DNA of 63,202 nt, counting the filler, from Octopus bimaculoides (taxonomy: Eukaryota): NCBI RefSeq assembly GCF_001194135.2. It is 7 parts of 7 records of this genome, joined end to end, with 100 filler letters (N's around TTAATTAATTAA, not from the genome) between each part and the next. Parts side by side here need not be neighbours in the genome. Positions count along the whole stretch, not along the records: positions 17,879 to 38,704 come from NC_068982.1; positions 38,805 to 41,015 come from NC_069001.1; positions 41,116 to 46,624 come from NC_068998.1; positions 46,725 to 58,720 come from NW_026380199.1; 3 more parts are not named here. One strand, written 5' to 3'. Made by a program: the position numbers and the translations under genes. The notes beneath the pieces are model-generated. The model had not been told where the DNA came from and ran no database searches. It saw nothing but the letters and a program-made list of their open reading frames with translations. This document shows, piece after piece, positions 35,800 through 48,439 of this stretch (position 1 is the first letter of the stretch; every line of letters begins with the position of its first letter).

Positions 35800-37719
35800 C
35801 ACATTGAAAACGCTGCAATCGCAGACATTTCCAAAAGGCCATCATTGATATAGTCCGCAAAGAAGGGAGGAAACGAAGGTTGTCACTGAAAAAGCTAGTT
35901 GTTCTCAGAATTCCGTTCGAGGCATTTTTCTTGAATCTCGTCTGGACGACGGCACGAACACGAAGGACGATCACTTTGTGATATTTGTAAAAATGAGCTG
36001 GTTTGACTGTGGGAGAGATCCATAATATGTGAACGGAAGCAGAAGTTATTGTATCAAAGGCCACCACGTACTAAGGGCTTTAAGAGATATTTTCTGAATG
36101 ACTGGCAGTGCCAAAGTCGGCTGAATCGAATCAAACAAGAATGAAAGTATTAAGCAGTAACTTAAAGACTTTTTTTTTTTTTGCCCCAATGAAAGCAAGT
36201 TTATATTTCCATCAGAAACCAAAGCTACAGAATTTGAAGGAGGTTTGGAAAAGCATATAACTTAAGCTGTCAATTCCTGCAGTCAGAAGAGGCTTGGGTC
36301 TCATGTGCAGGAACCAAATCATGAAGCCAATAAATTTCCTCGGGGTTAGTCTATGCGGCGAGGTGTACCAGACGATACTTGAGCACTTCATACTATCATC
36401 AACTGAAAAGCTATTTAATAATGTAGAATTTCTGTTCCAGCAGGATTTGGCACAGCGCATCTGTTCCAGTTTGCATGGATTTCCCGACTCGATTTCGCTA
36501 CCCATCATGATGATCGGATGTAGCATTTGGATCAGTGGGGGAAACATCGTGTTTCTGTAAACAGCTGGTTGATGAAGATTTTTGCTGGACGATGACCCGT
36601 GTATATTCATGTCATGATGTCCGTAGGTGTGTATCACCAACAGATTGCTAGCTTTCTTGCAATGTCTTGCAAAGCGAATGCATCTCTCTTTAATTTAACG
36701 ACATCAATGATTACAAGAAGATTGCTGTATTATCTTTGTTTAGTCGAAAGCGTTTTCCATGAGAGAATCAAAACGCCCGGTAACGTGCAGGTGTAAATGT
36801 CATTATGTGTGACGTCCAGATGTTTGGTGAGTGTCCCAGCAGTGGATTCGCTGTTGCGACGATTTCCAAATGATACTAAAGCCATCAAATGACCTGTAAA
36901 TATAAGAAATTACCAGCGAATATGGAAATAAGCTGCCTTGAACCAAACACAGGCTGCTCTTCAATAAGGCGTAGAACCTGACAGTCACATGTTCTAGGAT
37001 TACAGATATAACCATAGGAAGCTGTATTTCGTATGAGCAGTTTCTGGGAAAGAGTCATCCACTACCAACGGCATGGCCAGGATCATCAAGTATCCGAAGT
37101 ATATTAATGCTAATGTTTATAGACCTGGTAACCACGGATGTTATTAGCCAAGGAAAAATTTCATAGAACTTATCCACAGCGCCAAAACAACAGCTGCCCA
37201 GTTAATACATAATCAATACATAAACATGCTTCCTTGACCAGGTGACTTACCTGACTTGACCCCTAAAGAGAGTATATGGAGTACCGTTAAAAAGAACAAG
37301 ACCATGTTGCCTCCCAGTAATCAGGTAGAGCTAAAGATGGCTATCGAGATTACCTAGCCTTCTATCACTCCCAAACAGTATTACAGGTTGTTTTCCAATA
37401 TGTTACAACATCTTCAAGTAGTGATTGAAACTAAAGGGGCTCCAGCCATGTGATAACTGACATTCCGTAATCACCTTTCAAGTTTTTGTCAACTTGCTTT
37501 ATTGTAATGATATATTTTTGTATTATGCAATCCAGTGAATACACACAGCTTTTCAAATACATGATATAAACCGAAGTTTTCTCCGTTGTTACCCGTATAG
37601 TAGTAACTGTATTTGGTATCTGTTGTCAATATTTCCGGTTTAGTTTCGGATAGAAAACCTTTATAAAATACTCCTCTTTTGCCTTTCATAATTGTTCATA
37701 TTTTCTTCAGATTCCTGTG
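35800..37719 (+). mobile_element. Decayed Tc1 transposon interrupted by a ~716-bp insert
   Basis: Fragments GEIH..TEA.V.VSKATT, VYQTILEHFILSSTEKLF..FLFQQDLA (to 36458) and HSAKTT..LP*PGDLPDLTPKESIW..KGAP (37175-37450); TIR-like 3' end ttcagattcctgtg-TA. Confidence 0.75.
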
Positions 37720-37754
37720 TACACACACACACACACACACGCACACACACATTA

Positions 37755-38137
37755 TTTTACTCTTCTATTCTTTTACATATTTCAGTCATTTGACTTCTGC
37801 CATGCTGGAGTACCGCCTTAAAGGGTTTTAATCGAAGAAATGGACCTCAGGACTTAATCTTTGTAAGCCTAGTACTTGTTCTATGGGTCTCTTTGCCGAA
37901 CCGCTCAGTTACGGGGACATAAACACACCAACATCGGTTGTCAAGCGATAGTGGGGGAACAAACACAGACAATAAGACACACACACATACACATATATGG
38001 TGGATTTCTTTCCGTCTGCCAAATTCACTCACAATGCTTTAATCGGCTCGAGGCTATTGTGGAAGACACTTGCCAAGTGGAACTGAACCCAGGACCATGT
38101 GGTTGAGAAGCATGCTTCTTACCATGCAGCCACGCCT
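37755..38137 (-). mobile_element. SINE family B, near full length
   Basis: Collinear with 3590-3957; head caggcgtggctgcatggtaagaagc on the minus strand. Confidence 0.85.
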
Positions 38138-38639
38138 GATATATTATATTTTTTATACCAATATTGAATACATCGCTTTAGCAAGAATCTAATACTTTTA
38201 CTCGTGAGTTTGAGTTCTATCCCATTTATGAGAACTTCAACTTTTATTTTTTCATTGATTTTTCTTTGTAATATTTCTAATACAGTTTGCAAACTAATTA
38301 AATTTAAAACTATTTAGTTTTTATTTTAAAAACATACATTTAACCGTAATATCACTTAAATGAAATGTTGGTTCAAATTTTTAGCAATAATGCTACCCTT
38401 TCATAAATAACACCAGCCTACGATATATTTTCATAATCTATAGAAAATAATATTTCAAACACATTCACCTGATGGATAATGGTTTCTTCGATCAAGGTCG
38501 TTTTATTTGTAAGATAGCATGAAAGTACGTATACGTAGCTAATACATCTAGAAAGTATTTATAAATTACACCCGTTTTTGTTTTGTTTATAGCTAGTCTA
38601 GATAGCAGTATATAAATGCGAAAATTATTCTATCTAGTA

Positions 38640-38704
38640 ACTCTTTTACTCTTTTACTTGTTTCAGTCATTTGACTGCGGCCATGCTGGAGCACCGCCTT
38701 TAGT
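38640..38704 (-). mobile_element. SINE family B 3' end (rest in gap)
   Basis: actcttttacttgtttcagtcatttgactgcggccatgctggagcaccgcc. Confidence 0.85.
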
Positions 38705-39483
38705 NNNNNNNNNNNNNNNNNNNNNNNNNNNNNNNNNNNNNNNNNNNNTTAATTAATTAANNNNNNNNNNNNNNNNNNNNNNNNNNNNNNNNNNNNNNNN
38801 NNNNCTCTTTAGAAGTAATTGTCCCTTTGCTATCACCACTAGATAAGAAACAATAAAATCTGAGACAGTTAAAACTTTTGTCTTGAATCAATTACTAGCC
38901 TGATAGACTCGGCTATGTCAAGATGGATTTATGTATTCTTCCTCACATTTGGATTTTTATGTATTCTCTCTCCCATTTGGATTTGAAATGTTGCCACATT
39001 TATAATATGTCTTTTTTCTGCATTTTCGTGCAGCTGAAGATTGCTCTTCATATTGCATTTACGGTAATGCTCGCATTACTTAAATAAATTGAAGTAGCAT
39101 GAAACGTGCGTACTGCAATCACCTTTGAAATCCGTGTTGCTTATTTTTTTATATATATATATAAATATATATATATATATTCGGTACGACAAGAAAATAT
39201 TGGGAATATATTTTGAACTTTCAATACCTGCCATTATGCTTATTGCTGAACACCGAAGAAATAAATTTGCAACATTATATAATTTTTCTACAACTGTTAT
39301 GTAGTTATGGCGGTAATTTACCGAAATGCGTATATGTCCTATATAGCACTGAATATTATATCTGTTTTTTGTATGCTATTTTTTTACAATTTCTGGGATC
39401 GTGTTCAGTACTATAGCCTATCCTGAGTTTAATGCTACGCGTCGTACTACACTGGATACTGGAGTGATGTGCGAAACTCTTCA

Positions 39484-39537
<54 letters not shown>

Positions 39538-39699
39538 GTTTGTTCAGTATAAAACCGTTCTGTTTTTTTTTTATATAACATATTTTATACAAACCGTAAA
39601 AATCATCAAACGTCTCTCTTTGCTGATCCCCTGATTGTTGACTGTATCACATGTTCACATATTAACTGTACCGAAAGAGAATGTCGTATTTTCAAGCAA

Positions 39700-39950
39700 A
39701 TAGTCTGACATCATACTACGAATATAAAAACAATTGCAGAAGATCCACATCAAACATCGGGACTTTATTCCTGGGTTTTAATCAACCTTGCTCTGCTATG
39801 CAAGATCATCTCGAACAGATTGGGAAAGCGTATAAAGAAGGAAAGTGGGTACCTCATGACCTGTCTCCTGAGAATAAAGCAATGCCGTCAACAATTCGCT
39901 AATTAGGAATAAACAAACACTTTTTTGTTAATTGAAATATGACAATGGAT
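39700..39950 (+). mobile_element. mariner transposase fragment
   Basis: IAEDPHQT..DHLEQIGKAYKEGKWVPHDLSPENK (WVPHEL motif). Confidence 0.8.
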
Positions 39951-40353
39951 AGTTGTACCTCCCTGTGCTTCAATGAGCAGTTCAAAATTATATTTCCGAT
40001 CATATAAACCACTTTGAATATTATTTTAGTAAGTTTAAAGCGATTTCTTTTGTACCGTAAACCATTTACCATTTCTGTGGTACCCACCTACCGCTTCCCT
40101 TCACACCTTAAGCTGGTGCTTATTTTGCTTAATGTTTATTCGAGCGCTAGCTGAGGTGACAAGACGATCACAGTAAAATACCAGTGAAGTACTTTATTTT
40201 ATCGACTCGTAAGGGATAAAAGGCAAAACTAACGTGAGCGGGGGTTGAACTCAGAAGGGAAAGAGCTGGAAGAAAATCTGCTAAGAATTTTCCTCTGATG
40301 CGCTAACGATTCTGCCAGCTCTGCGTCTCGCCACCATCGGAAAAAGGATTAAA

Positions 40354-40571
40354 TTCGTTTCTACTCTAGGCACAAGGCCCGAAATTTTGGGGGGAGGGCG
40401 CCAGTCGATTGCATAGACTCCAGTACACAACTGGTACTTAATTTATCGACCCCCGAAAGGATGAAATGCAAAGTCGACATCGCCGAAATTTGAACTCAGA
40501 GCGTAAAGATGGACGAAATGCCGTTAAGCATTTCGACCGGCGTGCTAACGATTCTGCCATCTTGCCGCCTT
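40354..40571 (-). mobile_element. SINE family A, full length (older copy adjacent at ~40130-40330)
   Basis: Full collinearity with 7874-8080. Confidence 0.9.
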
Positions 40572-41317
40572 AAGGAAGGATTGAATTGAAATAAGAAAAT
40601 GTGCGAAAACACAAAGACAATAACCTATGCAAGATTGTGAAGAAACCCTGCCTGAAATAACAGTCAAATATCCCTCAAAATGAAGGCTTGTAATTTGAAA
40701 CACATTATAACTGAATAAAAAAAAGTGATAGTTACGGTTGGAACGTCTTCTGTTAAACCTGATTTAGATTTAAACAACAACAACAACAACAACAGTAAAG
40801 AAATGTGTCGTTGTTGTCATTTAACACCATGCCAGTTCGAATTCAAGAGACCAATCGTTAAGAGCGCTCTAGAAGTGACAATCACGTCGTTTTTGAAAAG
40901 GCTATCCTGTATATTAGGGGTAAATTTTCCTACGTAACTCTTCTCTTTCATGAGACGGTTGATTGTGATTTTGAGGAAAATTTGACTGCTATTTCTAGCT
41001 GTTAGAGTGTTTTACNNNNNNNNNNNNNNNNNNNNNNNNNNNNNNNNNNNNNNNNNNNNTTAATTAATTAANNNNNNNNNNNNNNNNNNNNNNNNNNNNN
41101 NNNNNNNNNNNNNNNAGGAATTTATCTGTAAAAATATGTGACACTTATTCAGTAGCCATTATAAAACTCTGAGTTTCGGATGCCAGGGTGGGAGCCCACG
41201 CCAACATCTCTTCAGTTATCTGGCCAATTGAAAATTCCTGTGAAAAATCTATATACATACATACATACATACATACATACAGATGCATACATAAAAAAAA
41301 AAAAAACGAGATATGTA

Positions 41318-41395
41318 TGCGCAAGCGTGATTGTGCGGTAAGAAACTGGCTTCCCAACCACACGTTTCCGGGTTCAGGTTCTATATGTGACTGTT
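41318..41395 (+). mobile_element. SINE family B head fragment in the Tc1 leader
   Basis: gcgcaagcgtgattgtgcggtaagaaactggcttcccaaccacacgtttccgggttca. Confidence 0.7.
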
Positions 41396-41400
41396 TAATC

Positions 41401-42445
41401 ATGCCATGTACAAAAAAAGCCTTGGAACTTTCTGAATTTCTAAGTGGCCGTATTGAAGGTCATTCTGAAGGTGGACATTAGTCAGCATAAAATTGCAGAA
41501 AACCTTGGAATCCCGCTTTCTACAGTTAATAGAGTGGTTGTGCAATTCACCAGAGAGGGGAAGGAGTTCACATCACCTTTCCCAGATCAATCAGGGCCCT
41601 TTGACGATCCTTCTCTTTAGTAAGAGAAGTATGGAGGAAAACCCTCGTCGCAGAGCCTCTGACATAGCAGAACAAGTTGATGTCAGTCCCAGAACAGCTG
41701 TCAGGTATCTCCACAAACTTGGTTACTATGGCAAAGCAACAAGAANNNNNNNNNNAAACTTGGTTACTATGGCAAAGCAACAAGAAAGAAGCCACTTCTT
41801 CGACCAGCCAACATGAAGCGGAGAAAAGATTGGGCCAGTGAGATGGTGGAGAGGACACTAGCATTTTGGGACATAGTCATATTCTCTGATGAGTCCAGAT
41901 TTGCTGTTTTTCCTGACAGTGGTCTGGAGACTCTGTGATCAAGAATTTGATGTGAAAAGATTGCAGCCAACAATGAAACATGGCAACTATTCTGTGATGG
42001 TCTGGGGAGCGATTTAGAGCAATGGTTGATCAGAGCTGGTGGAATGTGAGGGAAACATAAACTCAGATAAATATGTGTCCATATTGTAGAAAGGACTCCT
42101 TCAAATTTTCTCCAGTGGTGAAATGGTTAAAGAAGACTATTTATGGAAGATGGGGCTCCTTGTCACACGGCTAAAATGACCCAAGATTTGGATGAGAATG
42201 GCATTAAAAAGCTTCGATGGCCAAGTCAGTCACCAAATATGAACCCTATTGAATACCTCTGGGACATAACGGACAGGACACTTCATAAAAAAAACAAGAA
42301 AGCATCTCCAAAGCTAGATCTTTTGCGATTACTGCATGAAACTTGGCAAAAAATTCCACAAGAGAATACATGTCATCTGATCAGTAACATGCCTAATAGG
42401 GTCCTTGCATTGAAAAATGCAAAGGGCATCTCTACTAAATATTAA
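41401..42445 (+). pseudogene. Near full-length Tc1 DD(34)E transposase pseudogene
   Basis: [75 protein letters not shown]; several frameshifts and stops; D-to-E spacing is 33 here, probably a lost codon. Confidence 0.9.
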
Positions 42446-43234
42446 ATATTCACATTATAACAATAAATGAATAATTTGAATGTATAATTTCAGATCTGAA
42501 TAAATTTTAATGATTATAAGTGTGTCTATTTACTTCTGTCATNNNNNNNNNNNNNNNNNNNNNNNNNNNNNNNNNNNNNNNNNNNNNNNNNNNNNNNNNN
42601 NNNNNNNNNNNNNNNNNNNNNNNNNNNNNNNNNNNNNNNNNNNNNNNNNNNNNNNNNNNNNNNNNNNNNNNNNNNNNNNNNNNNNNNNNNNNNNNNNNNN
42701 NNNNNNNNNNNNNNNNNNNNNNNNNNNNNNNNNNNNNNNNNNNNNNNNNNNNNNNNNNNNNNNNNNNNNNNNNNNNNNNNNNNNNNNNNNNNNNNNNNNN
42801 NNNNNNNNNNNNNNNNNNNNNNNNNNNNNNNNNNNNNNNNNNNNNNNNNNNNNNNNNNNNNNNNNNNNNNNNNNNNNNNNNNNNNNNNNNNNNNNNNNNN
42901 NNNNNNNNNNNNNNNNNNNNNNNNNNNNNNNNNNNNNNNNNNNNNNNNNNNNNNNNNNNNNNNNNNCAAAGTTGGGTATAGATACGAATGATTCATGTAC
43001 TCCGTGTACACATCACACCAGTGTGTGTGTGTGTGTGTGTGTTATATGCTTTTCTGTATATGGGTGAGTACGAGTGTGACTGTGTGTGTGTGGGGGGATA
43101 TGGGGGTGTCAGTGTATTGTTTAATTAAGTTAAATTTGATTAATCATTATCTGTTTCAGTTAGTTCATAGTTTTAATCACATGTTTGATGCATCATCCAC
43201 ACACACACTCTCCCCCACCCCCACACACATACAC

Positions 43235-43285
<51 letters not shown>

Positions 43286-44444
43286 CTCTCTCTCTCTCTC
43301 TCGCGCACACACACACACACATTGTCCGTGTATCTGTGTATGTATGTTATGGATGAATTACATACGTGTGTGTGTGTATATATATNNNNNNNNNNNNNNN
43401 NNNNNNNNNNNNNNNNNNNNNNNNNNNNNNNNNNNNNNNNNNNNNNNNNNNNNNNNNNNNNNNNNNNNNNNNNNNNNNNNNNNNNNNNNNNNNNNNNNNN
43501 NNNNNNNNNNNNNNNNNNNNNNNNNNNNNNNNNNNNNNNNNNNNNNNNNNNNNNNNNNNNNNNNNNNNNNNNNNNNNNNNNNNNNNNNNNNNNNNNNNNN
43601 NNNNNNNNNNNNNNNNNNNNNNNNNNNNNNNNNNNNNNNNNNNNNNNNNNNNNNNNNNNNNNNNNNNNNNNNNNNNNNNNNNNNNNNNNNNNNNNNNNNN
43701 NNNNNNNNNNNNNNNNNNNNNNNNNNNNNNNNNNNNNNNNNNNNNNNNNNNNNNNNNNNNNNNNNNNNNNNNNNNNNNNNNNNNNNNNNNNNNNNNNNNN
43801 NNNNNNNNNNNNNNNNNNNNNNNNNNNNNNNNNNNNNNNNNNNNNNNNNNNNNNNNNNNNNNNNNNNNNNNNNNNNNNNNNNNNNNNNNNNNNNNNNNNN
43901 NNNNNNNNNNNNNNNNNNNNNNNNNNNNNNNNNNNNNNNNNNNNNNNNNNNNNNNNNNNNNNNNNNNNNNNNNNNNNNNNNNNNNNNNNNNNNNNNNNNN
44001 NNNNNNNNNNNNNNNNNNNNNNNNNNNNNNNNNNNNNNNNNNNNNNNNNNNNNNNNNNNNNNNNNNNNNNNNNNNNNNNNNNNNNNNNNNNNNNNNNNNN
44101 NNNNNNNNNNNNNNNNNNNNNNNNNNNNNNNNNNNNNNNNNNNNNNNNNNNNNNNNNNNNNNNNNNNNNNNNNNNNNNNNNNNNNNNNNNNNNNNNNNNN
44201 NNNNNNNNNNNNNNNNNNNNNNNNNNNNNNNNNNNNNNNNNNNNNNNNNNNNNNNNNNNNNNNNNNNNNNNNNNNNNNNNNNNNNNNNNNNNNNNNNNNN
44301 NNNNNNNNNNNNNNNNNNNNNNNNNNNNNNNNNNNNNNNNNNNNATTGGTTTTACGTAGCTCTTCAAGGAAAAAAGAAGAAAAAGGAAAGAGAGAAAGCA
44401 GGTACCCCCCCTCTCTCTCTCTTTCTTTGTGTTCTGCCTGTCAC

Positions 44445-44492
<48 letters not shown>

Positions 44493-44792
44493 CTCTCTCA
44501 CACACACACACAAATACATACGCATACGAATACACACACGTGTATATAAATGTATACACCTTTGTTGATTCACTTTACCTGTGAGCGATATTGGAGTAAT
44601 ATCTGTCTGTCTGACTGTCTGTCTGTCTGTATCCATCTGTTTATCGGCCTGTTTGACTGTCAGTCTGTCTGTCTGTGAGTCAGGCTTTCTCTCTCACTCA
44701 CTCCCCTTCCCTCTGTACCAGCCTTTCTAGAGCTTTCCGGCATTTCAGTCCTGCTTCCGAAGCGAGATTTTAATGATAATGCCCCAGTATGG

Positions 44793-44844
<52 letters not shown>

Positions 44845-44996
44845 CGCCGAGGTTGATTTTACATTTCATCCTTTCAGGGTCGATAAATTAAGTACCAGTT
44901 GAGTACTGGGGTCGATGTAATCAACTATCCCCCTCCCCCAAATTTCAGGCCTTGTGCCTATAATAGAAACCATTATAAGGCGGCGAGCTGGCAGAA
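44845..44996 (+). mobile_element. SINE family A 3' half directly followed by the head of another copy
   Basis: ...ggccttgtgcctataatagaaaccattat|aaggcggcgagctggcagaa then gap. Confidence 0.85.
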
Positions 44997-46198
44997 NNNN
45001 NNNNNNNNNNNNNNNNNNNNNNNNNNNNNNNNNNNNNNNNNNNNNNNNNNNNNNNNNNNNNNNNNNNNNNNNNNNNNNNNNNNNNNNNNNNNNNNNNNNN
45101 NNNNNNNNNNNNNNNNNNNNNNNNNNNNNNNNNNNNNNNNNNNNNNNNNNNNNNNNNNNNNNNNNNNNNNNNNNNNNNNNNNNNNNNNNNNNNNNNNNNN
45201 NNNNNNNNNNNNNNNNNNNNNNNNNNNNNNNNNNNNNNNNNNNNNNNNNNNNNNNNNNNNNNNNNNNNNNNNNNNNNNNNNNNNNNNNNNNNNNNNNNNN
45301 NNNNNNNNNNNNNNNNNNNNNNNNNNNNNNNNNNNNNNNNNNNNNNNNNNNNNNNNNNNNNNNNNNNNNNNNNNNNNNNNNNNNNNNNNNNNNNNNNNNN
45401 NNNNNNNNNNNNNNNNNNNNNNNNNNNNNNNNNNNNNNNNNNNNNNNNNNNNNNNNNNNNNNNNNNNNNNNNNNNNNNNNNNNNNNNNNNNNNNNNNNNN
45501 NNNNNNNNNNNNNNNNNNNNNNNNNNNNNNNNNNNNNNNNNNNNNNNNNNNNNNNNNNNNNNNNNNNNNNNNNNNNNNNNNNNNNNNNNAAACAAGTAGC
45601 GAGGTAAATAAAAGATGAAAGGGAGATAACACAAAGAACTTGTTGCAGTTGTTTCCCTTCATTTTACTTCGCTGTCTCAATGGAATATCATTTTAACGTT
45701 GATTTTGAAATTAAAAATAAAGTTTTTTTTTTTTTAAGTGCAAATATAATTATTAGATAATTTATTTACACAATCCCCAAAACACCAATACATATACCTA
45801 GATCAAAAGGAACTGTTTCATCATAATTCAAACAGCAAAAGTGACGGATGGAATACTGCCCCAACATCCGGTTACCAGGGTTGCTGGTTCATCTACTACT
45901 ACTACTACTACTACTACACACAAACACAAACACACGCACACACACAAACACACACACATACACGCAAACAAACACATACAACGAAATACATACACAGAGA
46001 AACACACACACATGCACACACAAAACACACACAAAACACACAAACACACACGTAAGTAGAGCATCATGCACATATTGCATAAGAATATGGATATTACGTA
46101 AGTTATGGCCTCTTGAAACAGCTGTAGAGATAAGACCCAATATAAGTATTCTGTTCTTTTGCTATCTTTTTCCTTTCTGCACAGTATGTATGCATGTA

Positions 46199-46250
<52 letters not shown>

Positions 46251-46724
46251 AGTTTATCTATATATCTACCGATCTACGTATAATGTATCTCTCTCTCTCT
46301 TTCTCTCTCTCTTTATATATATTTGAATACACTCATAAAATGCGTATACACATGAATATGCACACATACATGAACATATAATAGTAAAGGTTAAGAACTG
46401 CGAAACGAAGGCTGTGGAATACGAATGCCAAACAAAGTCTTCAGCTAGATTACACAGACTTAACAACAGGATGCTATTCCTAACCATATTCTTCAGGTGT
46501 GTTTAATAACGGTGTTTTGTTTACTATATTTTAATTTGGGTTTTGGTGATGATGAATATGTAGAGAATGCAAGAATGCACCAACGCGACACACGCTTAGC
46601 GGGAAAAATTCCTGAACGTGTGTGNNNNNNNNNNNNNNNNNNNNNNNNNNNNNNNNNNNNNNNNNNNNTTAATTAATTAANNNNNNNNNNNNNNNNNNNN
46701 NNNNNNNNNNNNNNNNNNNNNNNN

Positions 46725-46767
<43 letters not shown>

Positions 46768-47417
46768 TTATAAAAACATACTTATGAATACATATATATA
46801 TACACACACATACATATATATGTTTATATTAAAGATTTGTAGGTACCAATTTACATATTAGACACATTTTTGGGTGGGGCTGGTATGTAAACATTAAAGA
46901 TTTGCAGTTATGTGATGCTTCATTATGCAAGCAGAGGATACTATAAGGTATACTGTTTCCAAAAGTCAGTACCCCTTTCTATTGCGTCAGCGGTGCTCTT
47001 ACATTATTCTGTTAACGTTATTTCTACAGATATTGTGTAGAACTTATAGCCAGCACTGTTTTTTGTTACATTTCGTATTGAGACACGTGAGTGTGTGTTA
47101 GTAAATAGACAATGTGATCAAAGACAAAAGTGGGTAATGAATGTATATGCCATATTTTCTGGATTGTTGCCTCTTCTTCAGCACCCATCTAACTCACTAT
47201 TACCTCCAAACACATTGCTTATATAGTCACCGCATACAGTGATATTAAGTTATTGGATATACCATTTACACATTAGACGCATTCCTGGGGATGGTATGTA
47301 AACATTTAGTATATCTTATAGTATATTGTGTTTGCATAATGAAGTACCACATACCTACAAATCTTAAATGTTTAGATATCTGTAGAAATAACCATAACAA
47401 AATAATATATATATATA

Positions 47418-47451
<34 letters not shown>

Positions 47452-48300
47452 NNNNNNNNNNNNNNNNNNNNNNNNNNNNNNNNNNNNNNNNNNNNNNNNN
47501 NNNNNNNNNNNNNNNNNNNNNNNNNNNNNNNNNNNNNNNNNNNNNNNNNNNNNNNNNNNNNNNNNNNNNNNNNNNNNNNNNNNNNNNNNNNNNNNNNNNN
47601 NNNNNNNNNNNNNNNNNNNNNNNNNNNNNNNNNNNNNNNNNNNNNNNNNNNNNNNNNNNNNNNNNNNNNNNNNNNNNNNNNNNNNNNNNNNNNNNNNNNN
47701 NNNNNNNNNNNNNNNNNNNNNNNNNNNNNNNNNNNNNNNNNNNNNNNNNNNNNNNNNNNNNNNNNNNNNNNNNNNNNNNNNNNNNNNNNNNNNNNNNNNN
47801 NNNNNNNNNNNNNNNNNNNNNNNNNNNNNNNNNNNNNNNNNNNNNNNNNNNNNNNNNNNNNNNNNNNNNNNNNNNNNNNNNNNNNNNNNNNNNNNNNNNN
47901 NNNNNNNNNNNNNNNNNNNNNNNNNNNNNNNNNNNNNNNNNNNNNNNNNNNNNNNNNNNNNNNNNNNNNNNNNNNNNNNNNNNNNNNNNNNNNNNNNNNN
48001 NNNNNNNNNNNNNNNNNNNNNNNNNNNNNNNNNNNNNNNNNNNNNNNNNNNNNNNNNNNNNNNNNNNNNNNNNNNNNNNNNNNNNNNNNNNNNGTAGATA
48101 TATATATGTATTGTCATTAGAGTTTATAAGATGAAAGTATATAGGGAATTTTTCACAAGGAATGTTAGCATCTCACTTGAGGATTGAAACTGGCTCACTG
48201 TCTTTATTCAATGAGGTCTTACAGCCATTTTTACAGCGCACGCATGCACCCCCACCCCCGCACGTACAGATCTATATATATACATTCTTGTATGAAATGT

Positions 48301-48306
48301 TTTATT
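48301..48306 (-). promoter_or_regulatory. Candidate AATAAA polyadenylation signal for the GPCR-like gene (second candidate at 48203-48208)
   Basis: tttatt on plus strand, ~135 and ~230 nt downstream of the stop; a common hexamer in AT-rich DNA. Confidence 0.25.
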
Positions 48307-48439
48307 CATATTTCCAGTATGGGATGTGGACATAGTATATTTCATACATAAATTAATATTTAAATGTTGACATTTCTGAGATTCCATGATGGAGCTGCAT
48401 GGAGAAACCAACCACATTACAAGATCTTTGTAGAATATT

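Noticed and set aside
41715-41786. Duplicated LGYYGKATR segment in the Tc1 transposase
   Set aside because: Same 10-N overlap artefact; the frame is continuous once one copy is removed.
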